Below, piece after piece: positions 37,820 through 51,400 of a stretch of DNA of 64,000 nucleotides (position 1 is its first letter; every line of letters starts with the position of its first letter). Position numbers and translations under genes: made by a program. The stretch is from Vicugna vicugna (lineage: Eukaryota). Below the pieces are notes generated by a model, which saw only the letters and a list, made by a program, of their open reading frames with translations, was not told where the DNA came from and searched no databases. The stretch lies in contig MU058423.1 in the NCBI GenBank assembly GCA_013265495.1, forward strand, positions 8,479,627 through 8,543,626. The letters are read 5' to 3'.

Positions 37820-39750
37820 TCTCTGCATGATTACACTGCCTTATAAATCACGGAGAAAATAGAAGCACGCAGACAGTCCCTTATCCTGCACCACCAAATC
37901 CACCAGTCAGCCCTCATCCACGTCACACCTTCTGCCTTCCCGCAGGGGATACAACACTCCTGGTTCCTATCTACAATTAATTCCTCCATAGTGCTTTGGG
38001 TTCCATCCTTTTTCACCTTCTCAAGAACTTCATTGCTTCAATACGAAGCCTCCTTCACTACCACATCATCAATTTCTTCCTCTCAGTTGGACTGTTTCCT
38101 TCAGTAACAAACATGTTCCAGAACCGTGCTGTGCAATACAGAAGTCACTAGACACATGTGGCTAAATGCATGAGAATGAAATGAAATCTAAAAACTCGTG
38201 CACTAGCCACACTTGGGATACTCAATAGCCATGTTCCTTGTGACTCACCTACTGGATAATGTAGATTATTAAACATTTCCATTATTGGGGAAAGTTCTAT
38301 GGGATGTTGTTCTAAAATACTTTATTTTAAAAACAAATATCCTCACCCCTCACTGTACCCATAGCCAAGCTATTAGCTCATTTCGTTGTTTCCTTTAACA
38401 ACAACACTTCTTAAAAGGATTGTCTATAAACACTATCTCGACTTCCCCAATTCATTTCCTCCTTAATCTATTCAAATCATGTTTTCTCCAAACCCCACTG
38501 AAAGTGCTCTTATCAAGGCCATTAATGACGTGCAAGACGCCAGTCAATGATCACTTCTCTGTTTCTACCTTAATTGCCTCACAGAGATATTTGGCACAGT
38601 TGATTACTTCCTCCTTCTTCAACTCCTTCAGCTCCTTCTGAGTTTTCCAGTTCCCTTTCCTGGCTTACCCACCTGTGCTCTAAATCTGGAGTTGAAAGTT
38701 CAGCTAAAGAATAGGGTTTAATTCTCCCAAAGTAACCTCATACAATCCTAATGTTTTAAATGCTGTTCATACACTGATGACTCAAAACTCCTTCTAGTCC
38801 TAATCTGTCCCTAAAATGCCAGATTTGCATATCCAGCTACTCAACTGACAATTCCTCTAGAAGTATAGAAGGCATTAACATTTTTACATATTCAGAATAG
38901 AACTCCTGATTTGGGAAAATCTTCCACCCTTGAACCTGCATGAGTCTCAACAAATGGTATTAGCATCCACCCAGCTACAAGTTAATACTTCTTCTCCCCT
39001 TTCCTATATCACCCACCCCCAAAAACTCAGCCAAAACCTGTACTTAGCTCCATCTTCACTGCTCCCACTATAGTCTAAGCCAAGAATTTTCCACTTAGAT
39101 GTTAATAGCCTCTTATCTGGTTTTCTTTGCTTTCATTCTCCCTAGAATTTATTCTCTAATGGCAAGCAGACTAAACTTTTACAAAGTTAAATTTTATGAC
39201 ACTCTCCCTGCTAAAAGCTTTCTAATGCTTCCCACTGAATGAGAATTAAATCTAAACCAAGTAGGACCAAAACCGCTATGTGATCTGGCCGCTGCCGCCC
39301 TCTCCAACTTTTCCAGCCACTCTTCCCTTCATTTATTATGCTTCAGCCACAATGACTTTCCCCCCTGTTTTTCAAACACACTAAATTAGTTCCAGCCATA
39401 GAACTTTCTGCATTAGCATTTTCCTTGCCTGGACACTCTTCGCCAAGATTTTCATATGTCGAGCTCCTTCTTGTCAACAAGATTTAAATTTCCTTAAATA
39501 TGACTTCCTCAGTAAATGCGATGTAGCCATCCAAGCCTACCGCATCACTTCGTCTTATTTCTGTTATAGCAATCATCGCTGGTACTTTCTCATTTATTGA
39601 CTTATTGTTTAGTGCCTGTGTTTCCCCACCAGGCTGTAAGCTCTCTGAGAACAGAGATGCTGTCTATCCTGTTTACCACTACATCCCTAGTACCTTAGAA
39701 GAATACACGGCATAGAGGGAGAGCTCAAAAAATATATGTTGAATAAATGC
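37820..39750 (+). mobile_element. L2 LINE remnant with nested MER3-like MITE (~38124-38311)
   Basis: L2 body motifs and 3' end (gctcaaaaaatatatgttgaataaatg). MER3 motifs ctagacacatgtggcta and gaaagttctatggga. Confidence 0.78.
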
Positions 39751-40014
39751 TTATAGTATCTGCTATTCATAGTTATATTTTAAAAGAGTTGCTTGATTTC
39801 TAGATGAGGAAAATTTCTACACATTTTCTTTAGTGAAGCTCAATATTTTCCAATGCTTTTATTCTGGTTTGTATAAATGGCATTCACGGTCAGCAACTCA
39901 ATCCTGGAAGAAATACTAAATTATACACACATGCTACCCATATTTGTAAAAGTTAAAACCCCGAACAGCTTGGAAACAACTAAAAGCCAATGGTTTGGAA
40001 GCTTTGAAACTTAC

Positions 40015-40105
40015 CCTCTGATAGCACTGAGGCAGAGTATTTTCCAAAAAAGGAGGAGTTCTCTGCATTAATATTCCAACAGATTCTCTTAAAAGAGGAA
40101 TAACA
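40015..40105 (-). CDS. SLC30A7: SLC30A7 coding exon (SVIPLLRESVGILMQRTPPFLENTLPQCYQR)
   Basis: Acceptor ctctttag, donor gtaagt. 91 nt, in frame with the preceding exon (AG|T = Ser). Confidence 0.97.
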
Positions 40106-40773
40106 CTAAAGAGAAAAAAGACAACAAACTTATTAAAGCCACATTCTGAGGATCCTGTCCTCCAAGTACAAGTACACCCCCCGACAGTAGAATATTTACT
40201 AGAATGATGTGAGGAAAAAGATCCAATCATTGTTCTAAATTTTTCATGTGATAAATTATTCTCTAAAGTAGATAAAATGTATCAACACATGAAACACTAA
40301 CCTCATACTGCTGAATAGTATGGGGGCATCTAAAAATCTAAACCCAGCAATCGCTCAACTGTCATTTAAAGTATGACTTCAAATAGCTAGAATCTTCCAG
40401 GATAATCTATAAAGCATATCATGGCCAACAGGTCCTTAACATTTATCAAATATTTACATGCATTTATCTGAACAGCACTGTTAAAGAAAATACAAAAAAA
40501 ATTCACCTGGTATATTAAATCCAATATTTCATTCATTCAGTATTTTTGCAAACCGATGATTTATCAGTCTTCTTTGATTGTTAAACAATATATAGGAGCC
40601 TGGTCATAACCACAGAGCTAGTGAGCCAGCACCTCTAGGGACAGGGCCCAGAAGTCTATGTGAACTGATGTAGCTGGTGCTCAACTGGCATGTGGAAATT
40701 ACTGCTTTAGGCTATTCGGATGATTAAATGCACACAAAACAATTAATGGTGTAATGGTGAGGGTGACTCTAAT

Positions 40774-40932
40774 ACAGTAGTTTTATAAACTAGCTACACA
40801 TCAAATTCACCTTGGAGTCTTGTTTGTTTTCTTTTCTGACATATGGAATGAGAATCTTTGAGGGAAGCCTGAGGCACCTGCATTTTTAAAAAGCTCTGCA
40901 GGGGAGCGCAGTGAGCCAGGTACGGCGGCGCT
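40774..40932. mobile_element. MER5A-like hAT MITE
   Basis: cagtagttttataaact...catcaaattcacct...cctgcatttttaaaaagctc. Confidence 0.6.
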
Positions 40933-41852
40933 CTATGGTTTGCAGCAGACTGAGACGGGAGGTCAGGAACAGCTTCATTACACTTACTAGCTTAAGCCAG
41001 TGTTTCTCTTAGACCTGTAGAATCTCAGAATTTCCAAAGTAAAGCCCCTCTTGATCAGAGCTGTAGGAGAAAGATATATACACACACACACACACACCTT
41101 CTAAGGAAGGTAGAAGTTGAAGTGAACCCTAAAGGCCAACTGGTATTTCGGACAGACGGAAAGGAAAGAGAAGATCCCAGTGAAGACTCAGAGGAGAGAG
41201 CGATGCTCGCCTTGCTCATTCTCATATCCCCAAGGAGGCCTAGAAGAGCGCTGGTCACCAAGTGGGCCCACAGTAAATACCTGCTGGTTAAATGAATGAT
41301 AGGCATGTGGATGTCAGATGTTTTAGAATCTAGATTAAAGAAAGGAAAGGCCACAGGGAAGGAATTGGAAGACTGTTCCCATACCTTGTGTACAGTGATA
41401 AGTGCTTGGACAAGGAGGGTAAACACAGGAACAGTACTGAGAGATGCTGAGAAAACAGCGTCTGACTGGATGTAGTGAAGACACAGTGAAGTGACACCAA
41501 GGGCAAGCTCAGAAAACGGAAAGTGTGGACGGGATGGCAGTAATGAATATAAAAGCTCAAGGTGGACAGGAGTTTAAGTCACATTCAAATGAAAATATTC
41601 TTCAGTCAGACAGTGATTTATGCAGCAAGAATACTTAAGAGGCCACCCTTAATTGCTTCTTCTCCTTTAAAACCCTCATGCTCCAAATCACCAAGTGTTC
41701 ATGGTTTAACATTCTAAATATTTCCTGACTCCATCCCCTCCCCTTCATTCTATTACGTTATGTCTACAATAATCCTCCACATCTTCACTTGGATTATTAT
41801 AACAGCCTCCTAAGTGGTTCCTTTGCCTCTAGTCTTCTTTCCTTAAGTCCAC

Positions 41853-42359
41853 TGTGACAGGCAGCTTCGCAGATGGATCCCAGTGACCCCTGCCTCCCTA
41901 GCATTCCTGCTCTTGTGTAACCCCAACTCCTTGAGTGTGGGCCGGACCTAGTGACCTGCTTCTAATGAATAAAACATGGCAAGGGTGACGAATGTCACTT
42001 CTATCTGAAAGGACTCTGGCTTCCATCCCGCTCACCCTACTCTGTCGCCCTCTCACGTGCTGGCTCACAGCTGCCATGTTGTGAGCTGTCCTGTGGAGAG
42101 GAACTGAGTCCCACAGCCCAGAAGAAACTCAGTCCTGTCGACAGCTGCTTCAGTGAGCTTGGAAGTGGATTCTCCCCAGACGAGCCTTGGAATGACTGTA
42201 GCCCTGGCTGACATCTTGACTGTGACCTTGAGAGAGCCTGAGTCAGAGAGCCCAGTTAGCCATGCCCAGGTCCCTGAACCAAGACAAAGATAATAACGTG
42301 TATTATTCAGCTACCAGGTTTCTGTGTAATTTGTTATGCATCTATAGATAACTAATACA
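41853..42359 (+). mobile_element. MLT1 (ERVL-MaLR, MLT1E/F-like) solo LTR
   Basis: TG start, ccttgagtgtgggccggacctagtgac motif, canonical end gtaatttgttatgcatctatagataactaataca. Inserted in an L2. Confidence 0.88.
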
Positions 42360-45300
42360 ACCATTCTAAAAGAGCTGCCAGACTAACCTAACTAAAATCA
42401 ATACCTAACTCTATCTCTTCCTCAGTTAAAAAAAAAAACCCATTAAAAGCTCCCTACTGCCGCGGGGATTAAGTGTAAGCTCTTGCATCTGGTGTCCATT
42501 TTGATCTGTCCCCCTCTAGCTCATCTCTTATCATTCTTGCTTCACATTTCGAGCTCTGTAGAACATAAACAGACTTGCACTTTACTTTCTGCTCTTTGCT
42601 CTTTCGTGCTTTGGCTCATGCTGTAACCTCTGCCTAGAACTGTCCCTAAACTGCCCTTTAGTCTGGCTTCCATTCCTTCTTTAAAATTTCAAGTGCCACC
42701 CCTTTTCGGGCTTATTTCCTGATTCTAAACTATCCTCCAAACTGCATGAAATGTCCTCTCTGTGACACCTAGAGTAAGGCTGGAGGAAGGATGGAGGGAA
42801 AGCAACTGGAAGTGGAGTTAAGGATTTTGACAGGGAAAGAACATTGTTTATTCCGGCATCTAACCTGAAGATTACTGTCTGTTTCTAACTACTGTGCTAT
42901 TATTGAAAAGGTGAGGTCCCCCTGGGTTTACAAAAAAGGCAAAGAAAAACATCATGATAGAGTAATAAGGCACAATTCAACCATTACGAGGTTTTTATTT
43001 CCTCTCTCCATCCTCACGTCTCAGGAGAAAGAAAGGCTCAGTCACTGAATGTTTTTATAAACCTAATTTACAATCTTCATGTTTTCCTACTTCCCTTATT
43101 CTTCTTCTCAGAAAATGAGGCACAAAATGGATCCCCTAGAACAACTAAGAATAAGAAAAAGTATTTTTTCCCACATGCCTACTACATTTAGCTATTTTGA
43201 TCATTTCTTCTCCAATCTTTATCTCAAGATACTACTAATAATGCCTGGAGATAAGTGAGGTGGAAAATCATTCAAATGGAAATCATGAGACTTGGGTTCT
43301 AATTATGCCATTAAGTAGCTTCAGATGAATAGTACAACTTTCCAGAGCATCAGTTTTTTCATCTATAAAATGAGGGAATGGATGAAATATCTAAGCAATT
43401 TCTTTAATTTATTATCATTCAATAAGGAAAAATTGGTCAAGCCACAAGGAATACTACTAGAGAGAGAATATATTTGGAAATGAAAGAAAATATAAGCGGG
43501 CTTTTATATACTAAAACAACAATAACACACAACAGCATCACCAAACAGACAGGCTTGGCAAACCAATTTAACCCATTACTAACGGGGGAATCCTGCAAAT
43601 GAACTTCGTTACACAACCAATACAGATAAGCAATCATTAAGCACTACTCTTGGCTGGCATCAGGTTTTCTAGAACCAGATGGAACCTTACTCTAGCGTCG
43701 TGGAAATGGAGGCCCACTGCACCGAAGTAACTTGCCTAAGGACGCAGCTAGTGAACGGGAGAGCCAGAGTGGTAAGAGCAGGTCTTCTGACGCCAAAGTT
43801 CAAGTCAACAAGCACACACTGTACACCGACCGTGAGCCGGGCACTGCGAGGCCCCAGAAATAACAGGGTAAATAATACACAATACCTCCCTTCAGAGGAA
43901 CTCAAAACCATTGAAAAAGCCTGTAGAAGTTGATGGAAATCAGGCAACAAACTTATTTAGGACCCACCATTTGGAAAAAAGCACATGCGAATTCAAAACA
44001 ACTGTACACTCAGCAGGTATCCATTTTCATTTCCCATGAACTTTTGGTGCATTTTTTTTAATTAGTATGCTGACAACTTACTCTCAGAGATCACTCACTT
44101 TAACACTCAAGAACCATAATGTAGATAAATGTTTTAATAAAAATAACATTAGAAACAAGCACTTACTTTAAAATAAATTAAAGATATCACTGATATGAGG
44201 AAATGACTGAGGTTTTGACTGATTTAGATAACATTAGACAATGTGGAATGGTTGCCGGCTTAGGTACATAAATGTTTACATTTAATAGCAGCAAGCATTT
44301 CACCAGAGCACATGGAAGTATCACACTAACTTTCTCCAGTAAGAATTTTAAAATGCTGTTAAGAATTTCTGCTGTAGGAGCCATAACCAGCTCATGAAAC
44401 TGGGGTGGGGAGGAAAAGGTGCTTTCTATATTATGTGATAAGCAGTTTAGAATGAAGGTCAATTTCTATAATGACCTTGAAGGTTATAAAAATGTAAAAG
44501 AAACCTATAGAAACTATACTTTTGCTTTTTAAAATTGTGTTTAGCTCAGGACTTTGTGTCCATGTTTTTCTGATTAACTATCATACTAGGGAATCATAAA
44601 ACAGATTTTAGTGTGGATCTATCTAGCCATAATGAAAGGATATGGGGAAAAAAACAAACTTAGCAAATTCCTGACTGAGCTAATACTTAGAGCTACATCC
44701 AAACCCCAAAAGTAAGCATTTGGAAACAATTAGAGGTTCACTTCTGGTTGACTAACTCAATCCTAGCTTTAACAATGAAATACTATTCTCCTGGCATACA
44801 TAAAAAGAATGAGTTATTAGGTACATGAGTTTACCAGTAAAACATGGTAATAGTTTCATTCCTCAAAAGCTGAAGGTAAATCAAATTTATAATCATATAA
44901 TCAGAAGCATAAAATTAATGTGAAAGCTTAAATGCTTGCAGACTAAAAAAGCTAGAGTAGTTATTATTCTTTATTGCCAGTAACTTTGTAAATAAAAACA
45001 CATTTACATCTTACTTCAAAAGCAGCTTTGAGTCAGTCTCACCATTTCAACAGTAAATAAAACTATTTAGCAATAATTTTAAACAAACCAAAGGGCATAC
45101 CTTATGAAAACTTCTGACGAACAATCACACTAGTGAGAATCATAATGCTTAACAATAAAAAAATTCAGAGATCTGAAACTATTATTGATCTGAGAACAAA
45201 TATCTGTTAATAATAACTAAAACACAATTACTGATTCAACTCTTTTGAACTGGCTTATTGACTAAGTCCTCCTGCATAATAGCAGTGGTTTTAAAAACCT

Positions 45301-47119
45301 ACAAACACAACGACAGCTGTACTTCTTAAAAGAACCCATAAGTCTGCAGGCCTAGTGTATGTCAGATACTCGAAGATGTTTAGTGGACAACAAAGTCAAA
45401 GAAAACTGACCCCCAAAAGTAATGTATTCTACATTTAGACATGGTGGTCATATGGCAAGCTGTAAATGTTCAGTCGTATTTACACAAATACAATTATTCC
45501 ATAGTAAGGAACAATTACCTATTAACTCAGAATTTCATAAGCCTAATATAGAACTGATAATCCCAAAGCACAAGGACTGTGATTTACTTTATAATTATAC
45601 TGAGTTTCTGAAGCCTACGGTTTAAATCAATATATATTTACAGAGAACCTGTTTTACTCAATAAGGAGATAACAGATAACCTAGTATACCCCTAGAACTT
45701 GAAGCCAGTTACGAAAAGGTCACCCTTTTCCTTAAACTTCTGGAACCTAGTTATAACACTTAAGGCATCTGGTCTTTGGACTAAAAGCATGAGTCAATAA
45801 TGTCCAATTAGTAAATAATTGGTAACATCTTTGTGTAGACAACACGTAATAGTTTTAAAAGTACTTTAATAACTTTTTTTCCAATTGGATCCTTATAACA
45901 ACCTTAACTAACTTTAAGAAAATACTGGAATCGCAGATGTAGACAAGATTATAAAGATCATTTAGAGATTAAGACGACCTGTTCTTTATAACACACCAGT
46001 AAGAGGCAGAGCCGGCAGTGGTAACTCCGAGGCTGAAGCTCTCTGCCCTACACTGCAGCGTCTCGTCAGGATCCGGTCCTCTGGAGTCAGAGACCATGTT
46101 AAATTCTTTTTATTCCCAGTGCTCAGCACAGTCCAAGGAATATAATAAATACTTAGCACATCTCCGCTGAATGTATAATCTAGTTTAAAATTTCCAACAC
46201 CAGTGGAAGATTATTAAAATGTAGAACGGCCCTTGTTTGACACGACTTTCAATCCTTCACAATAATAGTCAAATAACAAAACAGTAAAGAGCCCCCAATT
46301 TAGTCATTTCCCAAAAAGATTCTCTAATAAATAGAAGCAAAAGTATCTCATCTTCTATTCAAGTACAGGTGAGAAAGAAATAGACTTAGGCAGGAGCAAT
46401 CAGCGTTCCCAGTTTTTCATGTGTAATTTATCATCTTAACAAAGGCTCTTCATGTCTATGAATAAGAATATTCTCATGAATAAGAAACTAAAATCATACC
46501 AACAATATAAGTAAAAAAAATTACTAAGTTATCTATTATGTATCCATGAGGAACAAAGGTGCAAATAAATAAGAAAAGTGAATGAGAATTCATGATAATA
46601 TCCAGTCAAGAGGGAGGGAAATGGGAAGAGACAGTGGAATCAAATAAGTCAGAGGGCAAAGAGCTCCACAAGATATACAAGATCGGAATAGATCTTTTTA
46701 TCATTCTCATTAAATATGGTAACATTTGTGTTGAAAAGATGACGAGACTTGGAGGAACCTCCCCACTACCTCTGGAAGCAGCTGGAAGCAGTGGCGAGGC
46801 TAAGATGGACAAAGACAGATGAAGCTCTTGAAAGATACCTGCATTTTAAAAAAGCATAGAAGTGAAGAAACAAGACAACAAAGAAAAGTTTATTTAGAAA
46901 AACCAGATGAAGTGGCAAGATATATTTGTTAATACTTTCAAAATCAAATTAATTATCACTTGGTGGCTTCAGTGATCACAAATTTCAGCTCAGAACAAAA
47001 AAACTTACAGGTTAGCAAGAAAAATCCAAGAGGAATGGGACTAAAGTGCTGATCAATATCTAGGGTCAACAAGACCGTTAGGAATCTGAGCTAAACTGTG
47101 TCTATCAAGTTTTAATTCA

Positions 47120-47355
47120 AGTGATTAACACTTACACAATACTTGCCAAGTGGCAGGTCTTTTCTAGACTTGATACATCTTAACCCATCTAATCTACATG
47201 TAGCAAATTATGAGGTGGGTATTGCTATCATTCTCACTTTAAAGATGAAAAACCGGGACTAAGTGACTTGCCCAGGGCACACAGCTAAATGGAAAAAAAA
47301 CCAGATTCAAACCCAGGTAATTCTGCACCATAGTAAATGCTCTTAACTGCTCTGC
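47120..47355 (-). mobile_element. MIR SINE
   Basis: aagtgacttgcccagggcacacagcta...gattcaaacccaggt. Confidence 0.78.
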
Positions 47356-48414
47356 AAACTTCGTCCAATGAAGTCAACACAAAGGTGGCTCTGCTAGTGC
47401 TCCCAAAGCACCTTTGCCTAAAGGGGAATTCTGGCTTTAGGAGAAGCTGGTCTTCAAAGTGTATAGGAGGCATGGACCACAAAAAGAAATTTAAAAGCTC
47501 AGGAAAAGATGAACAGCAATAACAGTATGAAGGTTTTCTGTCATCTGAGAGCTGACTGGTATAGTCAAAAGTTGAACAAAAGCAAACCCCTGACGCACAT
47601 CCTTAATGATAACTTCCAAAGACACAAGTTTGTGAGAAGCAAACCTAACATAGAAAATGAAAAGCAAAGAGAAAAAGTACCCTTATTTAATTGTTTACCC
47701 AAATTAAACTTAAAATATCACTGTGATAGTACATTTTTAGTGAACATCTCAAAGTAGGTTTCTAATTGCTACATTAATGCTGACTAGATTAAAATGTTCA
47801 GTTGCTGAGGTAGGAGTAGAAGTCGTGTTTTCAAAGGATTAATTAAGCAAGAATACACAGTAATTTAAATGCAGGTTATACCTAGTGGTGGAGAATTTCA
47901 CATTAATTACACACAAATCAACAATGAACATTACAAATAAATAACCTAAAGGGAATAATATATATTATTTTGGCAGGAAGTAAATTAAGCGTTGAAAAAA
48001 CTCAATCTGCTACCCACATTAAAAAAATTAAAAAATTTAAAAATACACTTTTATTTTTTAAGTCTAAAAATATCGATGATTCTAAAGTCAAAAGAATATT
48101 AATATATGTATTTTATATACGTAAAAATACTATATACATATTCAAAGTCTCACTTCTAATCCCTTCCCTCTACTCTGTCTAGAGGTCATTTATTGTATTT
48201 GTTTTTGTTTATTCTTTATGTTTCTTTTTGAAATTACCAGAAAACACGCAGATTATGTGTGTATCTCTTCTCCTAACAGAACAGGTAACAGCACTTCCTT
48301 TTCCCCCTCGTGTGCTACACTCCTCTGTATCATGTGCTGCATTCCAGGTGCCATTTTGTTTCCTTAACAATGTATCTTGAAAATAATGCACATTACCATA
48401 TAGAGATCTTCCTT

Positions 48415-51400
48415 ATTTTTTAAAAAAATTATTACAGTAAAAAACATGTAACTCTAAATTTATCATCCTAACCATTTTAAAATGTTTATTTCAGTAGTGT
48501 TAAGTAACACTGTTGTGCAAAAGTCTCTAGGACTTTTCCATGTTGCAACACTGAAACACTATAGCCATTAAACACGAACTGCCTCCCCCAGCAACCACTT
48601 GGCAACTACTTTCTACTTTCTGTTTCTATAATTTTGACTACTTTATATATGTCATAAGAGTGGACTCATACAATATTTGCTCTTTGGGATTGGCTTATTT
48701 AGCTTAGCATAATGTCCCCAAGGTTTATCAATATTGTAGTATGCGACAGAATTTCCTTCTTTTTAAAGGGTGCATAACATTGCATTGGATGTAGACACCA
48801 CAGCTCCTTTATTTATCCATCTGTCAGTGGACACCTGGGTTATTCCCACCTTTTGGCTATTGTGAATAATGCTGCAATGAACATGTGTACATGAATATCT
48901 CTTCGGAACATGGCTCTGAGTTCTTTTGGGTATGTATCCAGAAGTGGAATTGCTAGATCATACATGGTAACTCTATTTCCCTCTTTTTGAGAAACACCAA
49001 TACTATTTTTCATAATGGCTGAACCATTTTACATTACCACTAACAGTGCACAAAGGTTCCAGATTCTCCACATCCTTACATCCTTGCCAACACTTATTAT
49101 CTTATTCTTTTGATAGTGGACATTCTGACGGGTGTGAGGTGATGTCTTGTCATTTTGATTTCCATTTCCTTAGTGATTAATGTTGAACATCTTTTCATGT
49201 GCTAATGGCCAGTTGTATATATACATACTTACATATATATATATATATTTTTTTTTTGGAGAAATGTCTATTAAAGTCTGTTGCCTATTTTTAAATTTGG
49301 TTATTTGGTTTTTTGTTATTGTTGTTACTGCTGTTCTTGAGTTGTAAATCTTCCTTATATATTCTGAATGTTAATCTCCTACAAGATGTATGATTTGCAA
49401 TTATTCGCTCCAGTTCCATAGATTACCTTGCACTCTGCTGATTATGTCTTCTGATGAGCAGAAGTTCTTAAATTTGGTAAAGTTCAATTTGTTTATTTTT
49501 TATTTTGTTGCCTGTCTTTTTTTGGTTTATATCCAAGAAATCATTCCCAAAACCAATATCCTGAAACTTTCTCCTATGCTTTTGTCTAGGAGTTTAATAG
49601 TTTTTGATCATACATTTAGTGTCTTTAGTCCATTCTGAGTTAATTTTTGTACGTGGTGAAAGGTAAGCAACCAATTTCAGTTATTCTTTTCTTCTTTTGC
49701 ATGTGGATATCCAGTTTTCCCCAAACCATTTGCTTTTGCCTCACTGTGTAGTCTAGGCACCATTGTCAACAATCATTTGGCTACATCTATGCGAAGGTTT
49801 ATTTCTGGGCTCTCTATTCGGTTCCACTGTCCTATGTATCTGTGACTGTGTCAGGACCACACCATCCTAACTACTGGTGCTTTGTAGTATGCTTTGAAGT
49901 CAGGGAGTGTGAGGCCTCCAACTTTGCTCTTCTTTTTAAGATTGTTTTGGCTATTCATGGTCTCTCATATTCCATATATGTTTTAGGATTTTTTTTTCTA
50001 TTTCTGAAAAAAAATTGCCATTGGGATTTTGGTAGGGATTGCATTGAATCTATAGATCACTTCAGGCAGCTTACACATTTTAACAATATTTAAGCCTTCT
50101 GATCCATGAGCATGAGCTGTCTTTCCATTTATTTATTTTCTTTGATTTTTTTTTTTTAGCTATGTTTTTTAGTTTTCAGTGTACATGTGTTTCACCTCCT
50201 TGGTGGAGTTTATTCTTAAGTATTTTAAGTTTCTTGATGCTATGCTAAATGGGATTGTTTTAAAATTTCCTTTTCTGATTGGTTATTGTTAGTGTATAGG
50301 AATGCAACCAAGTTTTTGAGTGTTGATTTTGTGTTCTGCAACTTAGCTGAATTATTTTATTAGTTCCAACAGTTTGTGTGTGTGTGTAATCTTCAGGGTC
50401 TTCTACATATGAGATCATGTCTTGTGTGAGCAGAGATACTGTACTTCTTTGCCAATTAGCATGTCTTTTATTTCTTTTCCTTGTCTGCTCTGGCTAGAAC
50501 TTCAGTATATGGCAAACAGTAGTGGTAAAATTGGGCATCCTTGCCTTGTTCTCAATCTTAGAGGAGAAGCTTTCAGTCTTCCCCCAGGTGTGGGTTTTTC
50601 ATATACGGCATTTATTACACTGAGGTAGTTTCCTTCTATTCTTGGTTTGTTGAGCGCTTTTATCATGAAAGAGTGTTGAATTTTGTCACTTTTCTGCACT
50701 GATTGAGATGACAGTCTTTTCTTCATGTAGTGTATAATACTGAGTGATTTGCGTATGTTGAGCCATCCTTACATTCCAAGTATGTCTCCCCTGGACATGA
50801 TGTATGATGTTTTTAATGTGCTGCTGAATTTGGTTTGCCTAATGTTTTGCTTGGGATTTTTAAATCAATATTCATCAGGGATATTGGTCTACAGTTTTCT
50901 TCTCCTGTTGTGTCCTTGTCTAGTTTTGGTATCAGGGTAATGCTGGCCTCATGAGTTTGGGAGTCTCCTCTCCTCTTCAATTCTTTGGAAGAGTTTGAAA
51001 AGGACTAGTGCTAATTCTTCTTTAAATATTTGGTAGAATTCACCAGTGAAACCATCTGATCCTGGGCTTTTCTTTGTTGAGAAGTTTTTGATTACTGCTT
51101 CAGTCTCCTCGCTAGTTATAGATTTGTTCAGACTTTTAAAATTTTCTTCATGATTTAACCTCCGTAGGCTGTAGGTTTCTAAAATTTATCAATTTCTTCT
51201 AGCTTTTCCAATTTGTTGGCATATAATTGTTCATAGTAGTCTCCTAAAATTTTTTATTTCTGTGATACCAGTTTTAACATCTTCTCTTTCATTTCTTCTC
51301 TTTTTTTTCCTCAGTTGGTCTAGGAAAGTTTTGTCAATTTTGTTGACCTTTTCAAAAAACCAGTTCTAGGTTTTCTTGATTTTTTTCCTATTGTTTTTCT